From: a virus
Taxonomy: Duplodnaviria > Caudoviricetes
Length of the DNA stretch: 63,708 bases
Virus record (IMG/VR): IMGVR_UViG_3300028394_000003
Coordinates: 1-63,708 of that record
Strand: one strand, 5' to 3'
The notes beneath the pieces were generated by a model that saw only the letters and a list, made by a program, of their open reading frames with translations, was not told the origin of the DNA and searched no databases. This document shows positions 17,669 to 25,883 of this stretch, in pieces; positions within the stretch are counted from its first letter, which is position 1; each line of letters starts with the position of its first letter. Position numbers and translations under genes: made by a program.

Positions 17669-20542
17669 TTAGATTGCTCCTGTTGGGGGTGTTGGTGGTA
17701 CTGCTGCCTGTTGTGCTAATGCTTGCTGATTTTGTTGATCATTTTGCTGCATAGTTGCGGCGTGTTCTAAGCCAGTTTGCTGGGCTTGTTGTGTTGCCTG
17801 CTGCTCAGCCTGTGCGGCTTGCTGTTGTGCTGCAATTTGGGACTGAACTTGCTGCGCTTGTTGCTGAAATGCCTGTTGTTCTATTTCTAAACCATGCTGG
17901 CGGATGTCTTGCTGTGCTGCATGTGACGCTGCCAAGGCTGTTTGGTTTTGCTCATGGGCCATAGCCATCTGATCTGCACCTAATTGAGCACCAGCATTAA
18001 TTGAGGCCACACGCTCACGCGATGCGTTGTTAATATCTGCCATTGCGATCTGTGTAGCGTTTTTGTTGGAGTCAATACTTGACTGGGTATGGTACTTAGT
18101 TTGTAGTTCTTGTACTTTTTGCTGTAACTCGGCAATTTTAAGCTGATATTCTTGCTGATCTTTTTGATTTTCAAGCTGCATACGTGCTTGGGACTCAGCT
18201 TGTTTGCGCTGAGTCTCTGCCATTTGCGTTTTGAGGATAACCTGAGCCGTAGGATCAGATTCAGCTGCTTGTTGCATTTTAGCTTGTTGGGCTTCCTGTA
18301 CTTTTTGTGCTAATCCTTGGATTTGCTGTACAAATGGTGCCATAGTTTGCTGCGAATCCTGAGCAACCAACTGTGACGCAATGACCAATGCTTGCTGTGC
18401 CTCTTGATCCAAGGGTTTTTCTTGGTGCAATTCAAGGGTATCGCGGCCACCTTGTGCTTCGGCCACATAAGCACGCATGGACTGCAGATAGTGCAACGTC
18501 AAATGCTGCTTAATATGTTCCAAAGCATGGGGCGCGAAAATGGGGCCAATTACGGGGTTTGCACCGTAGGCTGGGTTGTTAGCATACTCTAAATGAATCT
18601 TAATATGCGCAATGTGGTCTTGGTCAGGGTAAGCTGCAGCAGCTCTTCCCATAGTCATTGACACATTTTCTAACGCTGGGTTAGATTCTTTAGCACCCAA
18701 CGGATTTGGTAATACTTCGTCAATTGCTGGGATTTTAAGTTGACCTAAGACACGACGATACACCGCACGAATGTTAAACATTCCGGGAGGCGCACTGGTT
18801 GCCATTTGTAACAACGCTTGGTTTTGTGCAAGACGTTGTGTCTCAGAAAATATATTTGGATCGGATACTGGTCTTACGTCGTTGTTGTACGCAAAGTCAC
18901 GAACTTCAACTTCGGTACCAGACTGGTTATCCATGTCCTGCAGGTACCAGTGGTTTAACCTAGAGATAATTGCTAATGACTTAGCTTGGCTACGATGTAA
19001 ACGAGCATGAATGCTTGAGAATACTTTAGCACCCTGTTCAATTAACGCCTGAGTTGTTCCCACTGGCATGTTGCTAGTGGCATCACCAATCTTTTCTTCA
19101 GATGTAGTAACTACACCCTTAGCTGCGTCTGTTAACCAACCAAGTAAATTAAACAATACACTTGATGGTGGGTTAAACGGCATAGGCATTGCAATCTTAC
19201 GTACATCATCAACACCTGGTGCACCTTCAATTTCAATTACCTGTGTTGGTTCGATTCTGTCGCTTTGCCCACCAATGCGTCCACCCTTGAGTTTAAGCAT
19301 CGTCTGGCTGTTGTTGATATGTGCAGCATCAAGTAGAGCACGAAGAGAACCGGTAAGAGCAGCACTAAGGCCACCAATAAGCTGAGGTAGGCCAATAGCG
19401 TAAGCTCCACGCCAAGGAATAAACTTAAACTCGACATACCACTCCAGTTTTTCGAATTTTTCATCGTTACATTCCCAGTTGCGATACAAAGCAATAACTT
19501 TGCTTGTAGTCTCATCAATTGTCATGATGTACGGAGCACGACGACCTTCAGTTTCAGGATCGTCATCTAACCGCATAAAGCATGTTATTTCATAAACACG
19601 GCGAAGTCCGTCAATGTTCTTAGACGGCTCTTCTTTACCTTCAATTTTGTTGTTTGCTTTTTGTGAACTTGTCTGATCATTTAAAGGCGCGTCAGACGAG
19701 TAGACTGTATCTATGTCAATGTAGATACCCTGTTCAACACGTTGTAAAAACGTGTCTTCTGTAATGTCTTGTACTTCAGTTACACGTGGTGAAGTATAAA
19801 AATTGGTTGACGCGTATGGTAACAAAATGTTATCAATTGCAACCCACTCGCAGGTGGGTCTTGCTTGTTCACTGTCGTAACGCCATTTTAAAAACTGTGA
19901 GCCGCCAAGGGGTAGTTGTGTTAGCAACTGTTCCATTTCGTCGCGGTACTCTGGAATTTGTTCTGAGAGCTGCCAGTTAAGGAACGATACCTTACGATCT
20001 GCTACTTCTTCTTTTAAACGATCTGCATTACCCTTGATGTTTGACTTAACAACGCCCTCAGGTGGCAGTAATTCTTTTGATGATGAGGCAGCAAAGTCAA
20101 CACATGCCTCAGCCATGACGGGGTGCACAACTTTAGAGGCGCCATCAAACGTAGCACCGCCAGGTGCATCTTTACCTAGGCCAGTGCGCTTGAGTCCTTC
20201 TTCGTACTGTTTGTCGCGTTGCTTACGTGACTCTTGGTCAACGTCAATAAGGTCTAAATATTCAATAGCAAGAGATTGTAAAATACTATCTTCAAACTCT
20301 TCGGCTAAGTTTGCATAAAACTCAGGTGCTTCTTGTGGGCTTTTTGTGGGGATGAAGTTAACGACAACGGAACCATCTTCCATTTCAATAACTTCTTCTT
20401 CCACTTCATCTGACTCAAGACCTAATGCGTCTTCGTAATACTTCATATCAGCGTCTTGCGATTTCGCTTTTTGAATATCTTCTTCTACGTCTAAAGACGG
20501 AAGATAAGAGCCTGATTGAATTGGTATTTGGGGGTTCGCCAT
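17669..20542 (-). CDS. Portal protein with long Gln-rich C-terminal coiled coil
   Basis: 957 aa directly after TerL; GASKVVHPVMAEAC, PVGTTQALIEQG..VFS.IH.RLH; Q-rich tail. Confidence 0.88.
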   Translation of the reverse strand: MANPQIPIQSGSYLPSLDVEEDIQKAKSQDADMKYYEDALGLESDEVEEEVIEMEDGSVVVNFIPTKSPQEAPEFYANLAEEFEDSILQSLAIEYLDLIDVDQESRKQRDKQYEEGLKRTGLGKDAPGGATFDGASKVVHPVMAEACVDFAASSSKELLPPEGVVKSNIKGNADRLKEEVADRKVSFLNWQLSEQIPEYRDEMEQLLTQLPLGGSQFLKWRYDSEQARPTCEWVAIDNILLPYASTNFYTSPRVTEVQDITEDTFLQRVEQGIYIDIDTVYSSDAPLNDQTSSQKANNKIEGKEEPSKNIDGLRRVYEITCFMRLDDDPETEGRRAPYIMTIDETTSKVIALYRNWECNDEKFEKLEWYVEFKFIPWRGAYAIGLPQLIGGLSAALTGSLRALLDAAHINNSQTMLKLKGGRIGGQSDRIEPTQVIEIEGAPGVDDVRKIAMPMPFNPPSSVLFNLLGWLTDAAKGVVTTSEEKIGDATSNMPVGTTQALIEQGAKVFSSIHARLHRSQAKSLAIISRLNHWYLQDMDNQSGTEVEVRDFAYNNDVRPVSDPNIFSETQRLAQNQALLQMATSAPPGMFNIRAVYRRVLGQLKIPAIDEVLPNPLGAKESNPALENVSMTMGRAAAAYPDQDHIAHIKIHLEYANNPAYGANPVIGPIFAPHALEHIKQHLTLHYLQSMRAYVAEAQGGRDTLELHQEKPLDQEAQQALVIASQLVAQDSQQTMAPFVQQIQGLAQKVQEAQQAKMQQAAESDPTAQVILKTQMAETQRKQAESQARMQLENQKDQQEYQLKIAELQQKVQELQTKYHTQSSIDSNKNATQIAMADINNASRERVASINAGAQLGADQMAMAHEQNQTALAASHAAQQDIRQHGLEIEQQAFQQQAQQVQSQIAAQQQAAQAEQQATQQAQQTGLEHAATMQQNDQQNQQALAQQAAVPPTPPTGAI

Positions 20543-20589
20543 TATTTTGAATTTTCGTAGGGGATTTTTAAATTATTCATCCTAATTAC

Positions 20590-20619
20590 AATAATGCAAA
20601 TAAAGGGCACAATCCGCCC
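20590..20619 (-). promoter_or_regulatory. Phage promoter motif GGGCG-N16-TGCATTATT upstream of portal
   Basis: Exact motif and spacing. Confidence 0.8.
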
Positions 20620-22065
20620 CTATTGTGCATAAGGATTAGAAAATCGTTTGTTAGAGTCATCATCAGCGTAATCATAGTCTCTTGCTGGCAATGGATCAAG
20701 CTGCAGCCAGCCCGAATCCCTGAGTACCCTTAAGGCTTGGGACAGGGAGTCTACGTAGTCATCATGGCCCCCGGCTTCAGGAAACGAGCACACCTGACGC
20801 AGGAAGCGTTTTGCCCATGAGGCGTAGTCGCTCTTTTGTTCGGTGTCTTCTGGTATGAATACCTTGCCCTTGGATACAAGGGGTGCCACAATGTTAAGCC
20901 GTTGTACCTTGTCTGCTCTTCCAGGGTTGTACCCACGGACAGGAACGCCGGCCCGCTGTAGTTCTTGGATTAAAGATATGCCAGCTGACTTGTCTTCCAT
21001 TAAGATTTGGTCTGCCTTACGGCCCTTACCAAACTCGTTATCTGACCCGTAGACTACTTCCTTAAAATCACTGATAACCTTACGACGCAGCTCGGGATAT
21101 GACAGGTGTTCATCCCATGCGTCTAAAAGAATAACGGATGTGCCAGCGTCTTCTCGTTCAAATATTCCCCACACCGTGCAGGCTGTCGGGTCGTTCATTG
21201 TCTTTTCGCTAGTAGCTGGGTCATAACTGGCGATCACGTACTCAAGAACGGGTGTCGGCTTGTTAGCGGGCCACATCTTAAACTGCTTACGCTTGATGAT
21301 ACCAGTGGCCTCTGGGTCAAGGATCTCGCCGTAGATCTCTTGGCGGCCCATGTCGGTGCCATCATAAGTCTCGAGCTGCTTAAAAAACGTTTCTGATAAG
21401 TTGGCTCGGTTGTCATACGAGCTGGCGTTAACCATGTACACGTCACCACCAATCTTACCCTCAGCTAAGTCTACAATTAATTCTTTTGGCTTTGGTGTGG
21501 TGGTAATAATCTGCTGCACTCGAGAGATCCTGGGATCCTTGAGTCGGAGCGTAAACTGTACTCCGTCGTAGGCTTCATCGAGGTAATCAAACGCACACAG
21601 CTCGTCGAACCAAGCGCCATGGTATTGCTTACCACGATACCGTTCAGGTTCAGAGGCGGGAATGCCTTGAATGATAGAGCCGTTGGTAAGGGTGATCTCG
21701 AATAGAGACTTGTTGTAGTCGCGGATGAGTGACTTGGGGATGATATTGATAAGCCCTGAGTCTCCCTCAAAACAAGTTGCGCGTATATCGTTGGAAGTCG
21801 GGGCTGTGACCAGCCATCTTGTATTGTCATAAAGCCAAGCGCGGATACCAATCCAATGACTGGCAGTGTGCGTCTTACCTGATCCACGACCAGCAAGCAT
21901 AAGGAACGTGTCATACTCATTGTCGTCTGGTTCTTTCTGGTGGGGTAGTGCCTGTAGCGACCACCTGACCTGCCACATAAGGGCCTCGAGCTGCTGGTTA
22001 GGCCAATGCTTACGTGCATCTGCAAACTTCTTTAGTGTAAGTTCTTGTTTAGGTGTTAAAGACAT
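20620..22065 (-). CDS. terL: Terminase large subunit
   Basis: Walker A AGRGSGKT, Walker B AWFDE, TTTP motif, C-terminal nuclease HDDYVDS. Confidence 0.93.
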   Translation of the reverse strand: MSLTPKQELTLKKFADARKHWPNQQLEALMWQVRWSLQALPHQKEPDDNEYDTFLMLAGRGSGKTHTASHWIGIRAWLYDNTRWLVTAPTSNDIRATCFEGDSGLINIIPKSLIRDYNKSLFEITLTNGSIIQGIPASEPERYRGKQYHGAWFDELCAFDYLDEAYDGVQFTLRLKDPRISRVQQIITTTPKPKELIVDLAEGKIGGDVYMVNASSYDNRANLSETFFKQLETYDGTDMGRQEIYGEILDPEATGIIKRKQFKMWPANKPTPVLEYVIASYDPATSEKTMNDPTACTVWGIFEREDAGTSVILLDAWDEHLSYPELRRKVISDFKEVVYGSDNEFGKGRKADQILMEDKSAGISLIQELQRAGVPVRGYNPGRADKVQRLNIVAPLVSKGKVFIPEDTEQKSDYASWAKRFLRQVCSFPEAGGHDDYVDSLSQALRVLRDSGWLQLDPLPARDYDYADDDSNKRFSNPYAQ

Positions 22066-23048
22066 GATATGAAGCCTTCTCCTACGAGAATCGTGTTGTC
22101 TTCCCCAGTGGTTTCTATATAAACACAGGACTGGGGTTGAATGGGGTCTATGCTGCAGACATACCGTCTACTCTGATGCACCTTTATCGGCGGCGAGTTC
22201 TGGTTCTCTATCAGCTTGATGCGTGATTTAAAAAATAACGTGTAATGCTTAAACGTGTTCTCAAAATTTTGTGAGGTTTTTATGCCGAGTGACTCAACTA
22301 AGAACTGAATCTGAGAAATTAAATTTAACTGCTTAGAAGAAAACTGAAAACTGTCTTTCTTTTGTGAGTATACCCTACTCTTAGTACAAAAAATTCCCCT
22401 AAGCAGTTCAATTCGCTGCTCAGGTGAGCCAAGTAGGTAGTTGTTTGATATTTTTGTGGGGATGTTAGGCACAAGCTGTGACTCAATACTTGGACTAACG
22501 CTAAAATCTCTGGATCCTGTCTTTTGTTTCCTGCCAAATTTTGTTTTGTAGCCAAAGTCTTTGAACTGTTGCTCAACATAGTCCTGCATCCCACGCGCCG
22601 CCGACAGTTTGCCGTTGGTTTTTCTGGCAAAGAACCAGAACCCCATGATGAATGGCGGGATTGGTAGTACTTGGTGGGGTAGTTCCAGGGGTTGGGTAGT
22701 CGGAACGGAGTAGACGAGGCGGTTTCTTTTGCTTTTAAGCGGCAAAGAAAGTAGATCTTGGATATTAGTAGGCTTAAGTGGTCTCCTAAACGCCCTAGTG
22801 CCCTTGTATGAGTTAAGCCTGTTGCGATACTTTTGGTTTTCCAATGGAAGTTTAAGCGCACCATCGCCTTGGATGGTAAGCCAATCGCTAAAAGTAATCT
22901 TGTAGCACTCAGTTGCCTGATATTTTTGAACTAATTTGACACGAACAATCTTGCCGTTCCTATCGAATACATAGTCACCCTCAACCAAACTCCCAGCACG
23001 CTTCCAGTAATCAAGCGTTAGTACTTTTTCTGTTGCTAATATCGCCAT
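22056..23048 (-). CDS. Free-standing intein-like protein (Hint plus LAGLIDADG-like domain), degenerate
   Basis: MAILATEKVLT..W....L.EGDYVFD.NG (block A), CYKITFSD (B), YLLGSPEQRIELLRGI (EN), C-terminal blocks F/G lacking the terminal HN. Confidence 0.75.
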   Translation of the reverse strand: MAILATEKVLTLDYWKRAGSLVEGDYVFDRNGKIVRVKLVQKYQATECYKITFSDWLTIQGDGALKLPLENQKYRNRLNSYKGTRAFRRPLKPTNIQDLLSLPLKSKRNRLVYSVPTTQPLELPHQVLPIPPFIMGFWFFARKTNGKLSAARGMQDYVEQQFKDFGYKTKFGRKQKTGSRDFSVSPSIESQLVPNIPTKISNNYLLGSPEQRIELLRGIFCTKSRVYSQKKDSFQFSSKQLNLISQIQFLVESLGIKTSQNFENTFKHYTLFFKSRIKLIENQNSPPIKVHQSRRYVCSIDPIQPQSCVYIETTGEDNTILVGEGFISCL

Positions 23049-23319
23049 AAAAATTATTTAAGACCCATCGGTCCAGCCAACGCCCTAGCGGCGCCCTTAT
23101 GTTTGATTGTATTGAATACGGCAGCTTTTGTATTTCCAAAGCATCCGAAGACACCTTTAAACGAAACTGGATGTATTTAGCTGTTTCGTTGTTTAAAATA
23201 TCTGCCGGTACGTTTACCACCTCAAAGTTGTTAAGGTCACACACTAATACTTGGAATCCCTTGAACTCACCAACGGGACTTTCCAACGCACCTTTGATTT
23301 GGTAGACATAGTCATTCAT
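23011..23319 (-). CDS. Hypothetical protein, probably leaderless
   Basis: ATG at 23319 lies 6 nt after TGCATTAAT; start revised from the ORF track. Confidence 0.65.
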   Translation of the reverse strand: MNDYVYQIKGALESPVGEFKGFQVLVCDLNNFEVVNVPADILNNETAKYIQFRLKVSSDALEIQKLPYSIQSNIRAPLGRWLDRWVLNNFYGDISNRKSTNA

Positions 23320-23325
23320 ACTTAC

Positions 23326-23355
23326 ATTAATGCAAACAATCGTTGTTTTCCTTCC
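23326..23355 (-). promoter_or_regulatory. Variant phage promoter GGAAG-N16-TGCATTAAT heading the packaging operon
   Basis: Exact downstream element; variant upstream pentamer at the same spacing. Confidence 0.65.
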
Positions 23356-23374
23356 AATAATATAAATAAATGCC

Positions 23375-23535
23375 AAAGTGCAAGGGTTGCAAGGCTTAAT
23401 CAGTCCCTCCAGTACTTAATAATATTTTTTTAATTTTTTTTTTAAAAGAATAAAAAGGGGTTACAACCCTAGCAACCCAAGGACCTAGTTTGCAAGTGCT
23501 TGATTATATTGAATCTAGATGATAATGATTCTCAA
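23375..23535. repeat. Origin-like element copy 1 (inverted GGGTTGC repeats around an A/T core, IHF site, Fur-like box)
   Basis: Diverged direct repeat of 29238-29399. Confidence 0.7.
23520..23534. promoter_or_regulatory. Fur-like box
   Basis: TGATAAT-G-ATTCTCA, one mismatch to 7-1-7 TGATAAT-N-ATTATCA. Confidence 0.6.
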
Positions 23536-23919
23536 GTAATTTTATAAAAAAATTTTACAATATGAAATTATGTGATATTTGTAAAAAAATATAAAAACTC
23601 AGGCTTTGTGGGGCCCCCCGCCCCCTCCTCCCCGATGGGACCCTAAACGGGTGTATGGCTTTATAAAAAGACCCCTTGCCATTATGCCTCCTAGCGTATG
23701 TGAGTGCTCACTTACAGGCCGAGCTGGCGGATCGACCAGTATGCTGCACTGCACCACCCCCAGTGAGCGCTCACTTACATGCAGGCACACCAGGCGGCTT
23801 GGCACTCAGGCACATCGACTGCTGATAATGGGGACAGAGTGGAGAGCGGGCCAGTGTGTTGCGCTGCAGTAATGGGGACAGAGTCGACGTGCTGCACTGC
23901 GTCATTGCCAGTTAGGCAG

Positions 23920-23936
23920 TGCACCATGTTGGTGCA
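23920..23936. promoter_or_regulatory. NtrC-like binding site
   Basis: TGCACCA-TGT-TGGTGCA, a perfect 7-3-7 palindrome. Confidence 0.6.
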
Positions 23937-24118
23937 TCGGCATAGGGGCGCGTAGACGGGCCGCCATGACGCGATCGCCAGTTAGGCTACTAACGTATTA
24001 CCGCGCCGAGATCTCTAGCAATCCAGTAAACAGGAGGGTTGCGGGGAGAGGTTACGCGCAGGCGAGGCGATATGGGGCGGAGTACTTCCTAGTCAGTATC
24101 TACCAGGACGGCTGCCCT

Positions 24119-24153
24119 CCCACAATCCCCCACCGCGCCCCACTAATCACCAC
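24119..24153 (-). promoter_or_regulatory. MraZ-like direct repeats
   Basis: GTGGT-N5-GTGGG-N5-GTGGG-N5-GTGGG at a 10-bp period. Confidence 0.5.
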
Positions 24154-24220
24154 CAAACCCAGTAGCCAATTGGGCCCAAAAGATTGTCAGATTAGAGGGT
24201 AGTTTTTTTGTCGAAAGTTC

Positions 24221-24249
24221 TTGAGTATTTGCATACACTGGAATAAAGT
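24221..24249 (+). promoter_or_regulatory. Probable host sigma70 early promoter
   Basis: TTGAGT-N17-TAAAGT with a T-tract upstream; heads the plus-strand early region. Confidence 0.55.
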
Positions 24250-24372
24250 CTCTATATGGGATGTGCAGTGGCTAATCCACTCAGTAGTAGAAGGACTCAA
24301 ACCCAACCGAGATAAATAAGGGGGAGCCGGCAGAACCGGTGCTGTTATCCAACACAGCGTATGACGGACACA

Positions 24373-24541
24373 GTAGCGCAGTAGGCTACTGGATCACCAA
24401 GTAGGCAAGCAGGAAACGGGGTAAGCCCCGAAACGGGTGTCACGGTAGTATGCGAGTCAGCATCCAAACAAGCAAACCGAATAGTCTTGGCCAAGTGTGT
24501 GGACTAGCATATCCACTTGATCCAGTAGCCTACTGCGCTAC
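24373..24541 (+). ncRNA. Structured RNA closed by a perfect 24-bp inverted repeat
   Basis: 24373-24396 is the exact reverse complement of 24518-24541; internal hairpins; no credible ORF. Confidence 0.65.
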
Positions 24542-24616
24542 AAGATAGTAATGCTCATAGCTACTTGTTACCAGGTAGCTAGAGGCAGTACTAACCAACC
24601 ACCAAGGAGATACACC

Positions 24617-24847
24617 ATGACCACATTAACATTTAAAAACCTCAACACAATCCTCGAAGTATTGCAGGCCCAGCGTCATGCTCAGGCCAAGACAACACAC
24701 TTCCACGATGGTGTAGTTAAAGAGGCGTTAAGCGGTAATAAAGAGAAGCTGGACTTCTTAGTAGAGCAACAAAGCAAAAACTACGTGCGCAAAAGCGAGC
24801 TGGACTATGCGTATTTTGCAGTTAAGGAATTAGTAGACGCATTCTAA
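24617..24847 (+). CDS. Early hypothetical protein
   Basis: aaggagatacaccATG; start revised to MTTLTF. Confidence 0.75.
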   Translation: MTTLTFKNLNTILEVLQAQRHAQAKTTHFHDGVVKEALSGNKEKLDFLVEQQSKNYVRKSELDYAYFAVKELVDAF

Positions 24848-24850
24848 ACA

Positions 24851-24905
24851 GGTCGAAACCGCATGGACGTGCGGTCTGAGCGTTAGGCGCTCACTGATGA
24901 TGACC
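24851..24905 (+). ncRNA. Hammerhead ribozyme type II, copy 1 (predicted cut after C24876)
   Basis: GGUC-GAAA-CCGCAU/GUGCGG-UC-UGAGCG/CGCUCA-CUGAUGA-U-GACC. Confidence 0.9.
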
Positions 24906-24924
24906 AACCAATAGGAGATACACC

Positions 24925-25041
24925 ATGATCTATTTCAATTCTAAACAAGAAGTATCAGAGTTCTTGACCAACTTGCGTTCCGCAGGTATTCGTTGCGCTG
25001 TTACTCAGTGCAATGGACGTTACGTATTACAGATACGTTAA
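24925..25041 (+). CDS. Small early protein (38 aa, not in ORF track)
   Basis: aggagatacaccATG; MIYFNSKQEVSEFLTNLRSAGIRCAVTQCNGRYVLQIR. Confidence 0.7.
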   Translation: MIYFNSKQEVSEFLTNLRSAGIRCAVTQCNGRYVLQIR

Positions 25042-25049
25042 GTAAGACA

Positions 25050-25102
25050 GGTCGAAACAGCCTCACGGCTGTCTGCACGTTAAGCGTGTACTGATGATGA
25101 CC
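25050..25102 (+). ncRNA. Hammerhead ribozyme type II, copy 2 (predicted cut after C25073)
   Basis: GGUC-GAAA-CAGCC/GGCUG-UC-UGCACG/CGUGUA-CUGAUGA-U-GACC. Confidence 0.9.
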
Positions 25103-25120
25103 AACCAAAGGAGAACCACC

Positions 25121-25342
25121 ATGATCACGACAGGCAAAACAGAATACGACGTAGGGCTGAGCTGGAAAGCATACGAGCATCTCGGTAGCAAAGGCAAGCT
25201 GGCCCTTAAGCGGGAACATAACTTTAAGGAGCGCACGTTCAAAACAAAAAATGAGGCCGAGCAGTTTGCAGCGGCTGAACGCGAACGAACTGGGCTGGAG
25301 CTGCGCGTAGGTGAGTGCACTCCAATCTACGGCATTTTGTAG
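25121..25342 (+). CDS. Small early protein
   Basis: aggagaaccaccATG; MITTGKTEY... Confidence 0.75.
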   Translation: MITTGKTEYDVGLSWKAYEHLGSKGKLALKREHNFKERTFKTKNEAEQFAAAERERTGLELRVGECTPIYGIL

Positions 25343-25346
25343 TAAA

Positions 25347-25399
25347 GGTCGAAACAGCCGCCAGGCTGTCTACACGTTAAGCGTGTACTGATGATGACC
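25347..25399 (+). ncRNA. Hammerhead ribozyme type II, copy 3 (predicted cut after C25370)
   Basis: GGUC-GAAA-CAGCC/GGCUG-UC-UACACG/CGUGUA-CUGAUGA-U-GACC. Confidence 0.9.
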
Positions 25400-25418
25400 A
25401 ACCAATAGGAGAACCACC

Positions 25419-25556
25419 ATGATTACAATACAAGAGCTATGCACCCTGCTACCCACGCCCGTGTGGCGTGTGCAGGGTAGAGTAAGCTGGCAGGAATATG
25501 TAGCAATGAGCAAATGGCGTGCTAATGAGGGCGCACAATGGAAAGCAACATTTTAA
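25419..25556 (+). CDS. Small early protein (45 aa, not in ORF track)
   Basis: aggagaaccaccATG; MITIQELCTLLPTPVWRVQGRVSWQEY...; stop abuts the next ribozyme. Confidence 0.7.
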   Translation: MITIQELCTLLPTPVWRVQGRVSWQEYVAMSKWRANEGAQWKATF

Positions 25557-25609
25557 GGTCGAAACAGCCTCACGGCTGTCTCCACGTAAGGCGTGGACTG
25601 ATGATGACC
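25557..25609 (+). ncRNA. Hammerhead ribozyme type II, copy 4 (predicted cut after C25580)
   Basis: GGUC-GAAA-CAGCC/GGCUG-UC-UCCACG/CGUGGA-CUGAUGA-U-GACC. Confidence 0.9.
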
Positions 25610-25628
25610 AACCAATAGGAGATACACC

Positions 25629-25883
25629 ATGATCAAACTTAAATCAATTCGCGTGCCCCAATTTAAAAAGGGCCAGAGCGAGTGGCACGTAGTCAACCGC
25701 AGTGATTACCAGTTGGTAGGCTTTATTTGCTTCTACGGCTCTGACAACGACTACCATTACGTGGCCTATGTAAAGAACGACGAAGAGTCAAGCGACCACC
25801 TGTTAGGCCGGTCACTGAGCCAATCAGGGGCATTATCCTTGATCCGCAATTATTACAAGGCTAGGGAGGCTGTATGTTTATAG
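25629..25883 (+). CDS. Small early protein
   Basis: aggagatacaccATG. Confidence 0.75.
   Translation: MIKLKSIRVPQFKKGQSEWHVVNRSDYQLVGFICFYGSDNDYHYVAYVKNDEESSDHLLGRSLSQSGALSLIRNYYKAREAVCL

Noticed and set aside
23561-23586. CRP site or DnaA boxes in the AT-rich tract
   Set aside because: Only half-site matches in very AT-rich DNA
23762-23775. lac operator or vector contamination (GTGAGCGCTCAC)
   Set aside because: It lacks the AATT flanks, has a natural variant 63 bp upstream, and no vector sequence is nearby
23599-24202. ORFs 23599..23805, 23606..23872 and 23966..24202
   Set aside because: No RBS, atypical composition, and they overlap the motif-rich regulatory tract
24373-24541. Complete retron or DGR
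   Set aside because: No reverse transcriptase ORF and no TR/VR pair were seen in the genome
24546-24593. Twister or twister-sister ribozyme (contains GCUCA)
   Set aside because: The other conserved stems and loops of those classes cannot be found; kept only as an unexplained hairpin
24851-25631. Regularly spaced repeats as a CRISPR array
   Set aside because: The spacers are 120-250 nt ORFs with RBSs, the repeats fold as hammerheads, and there is no cas operon
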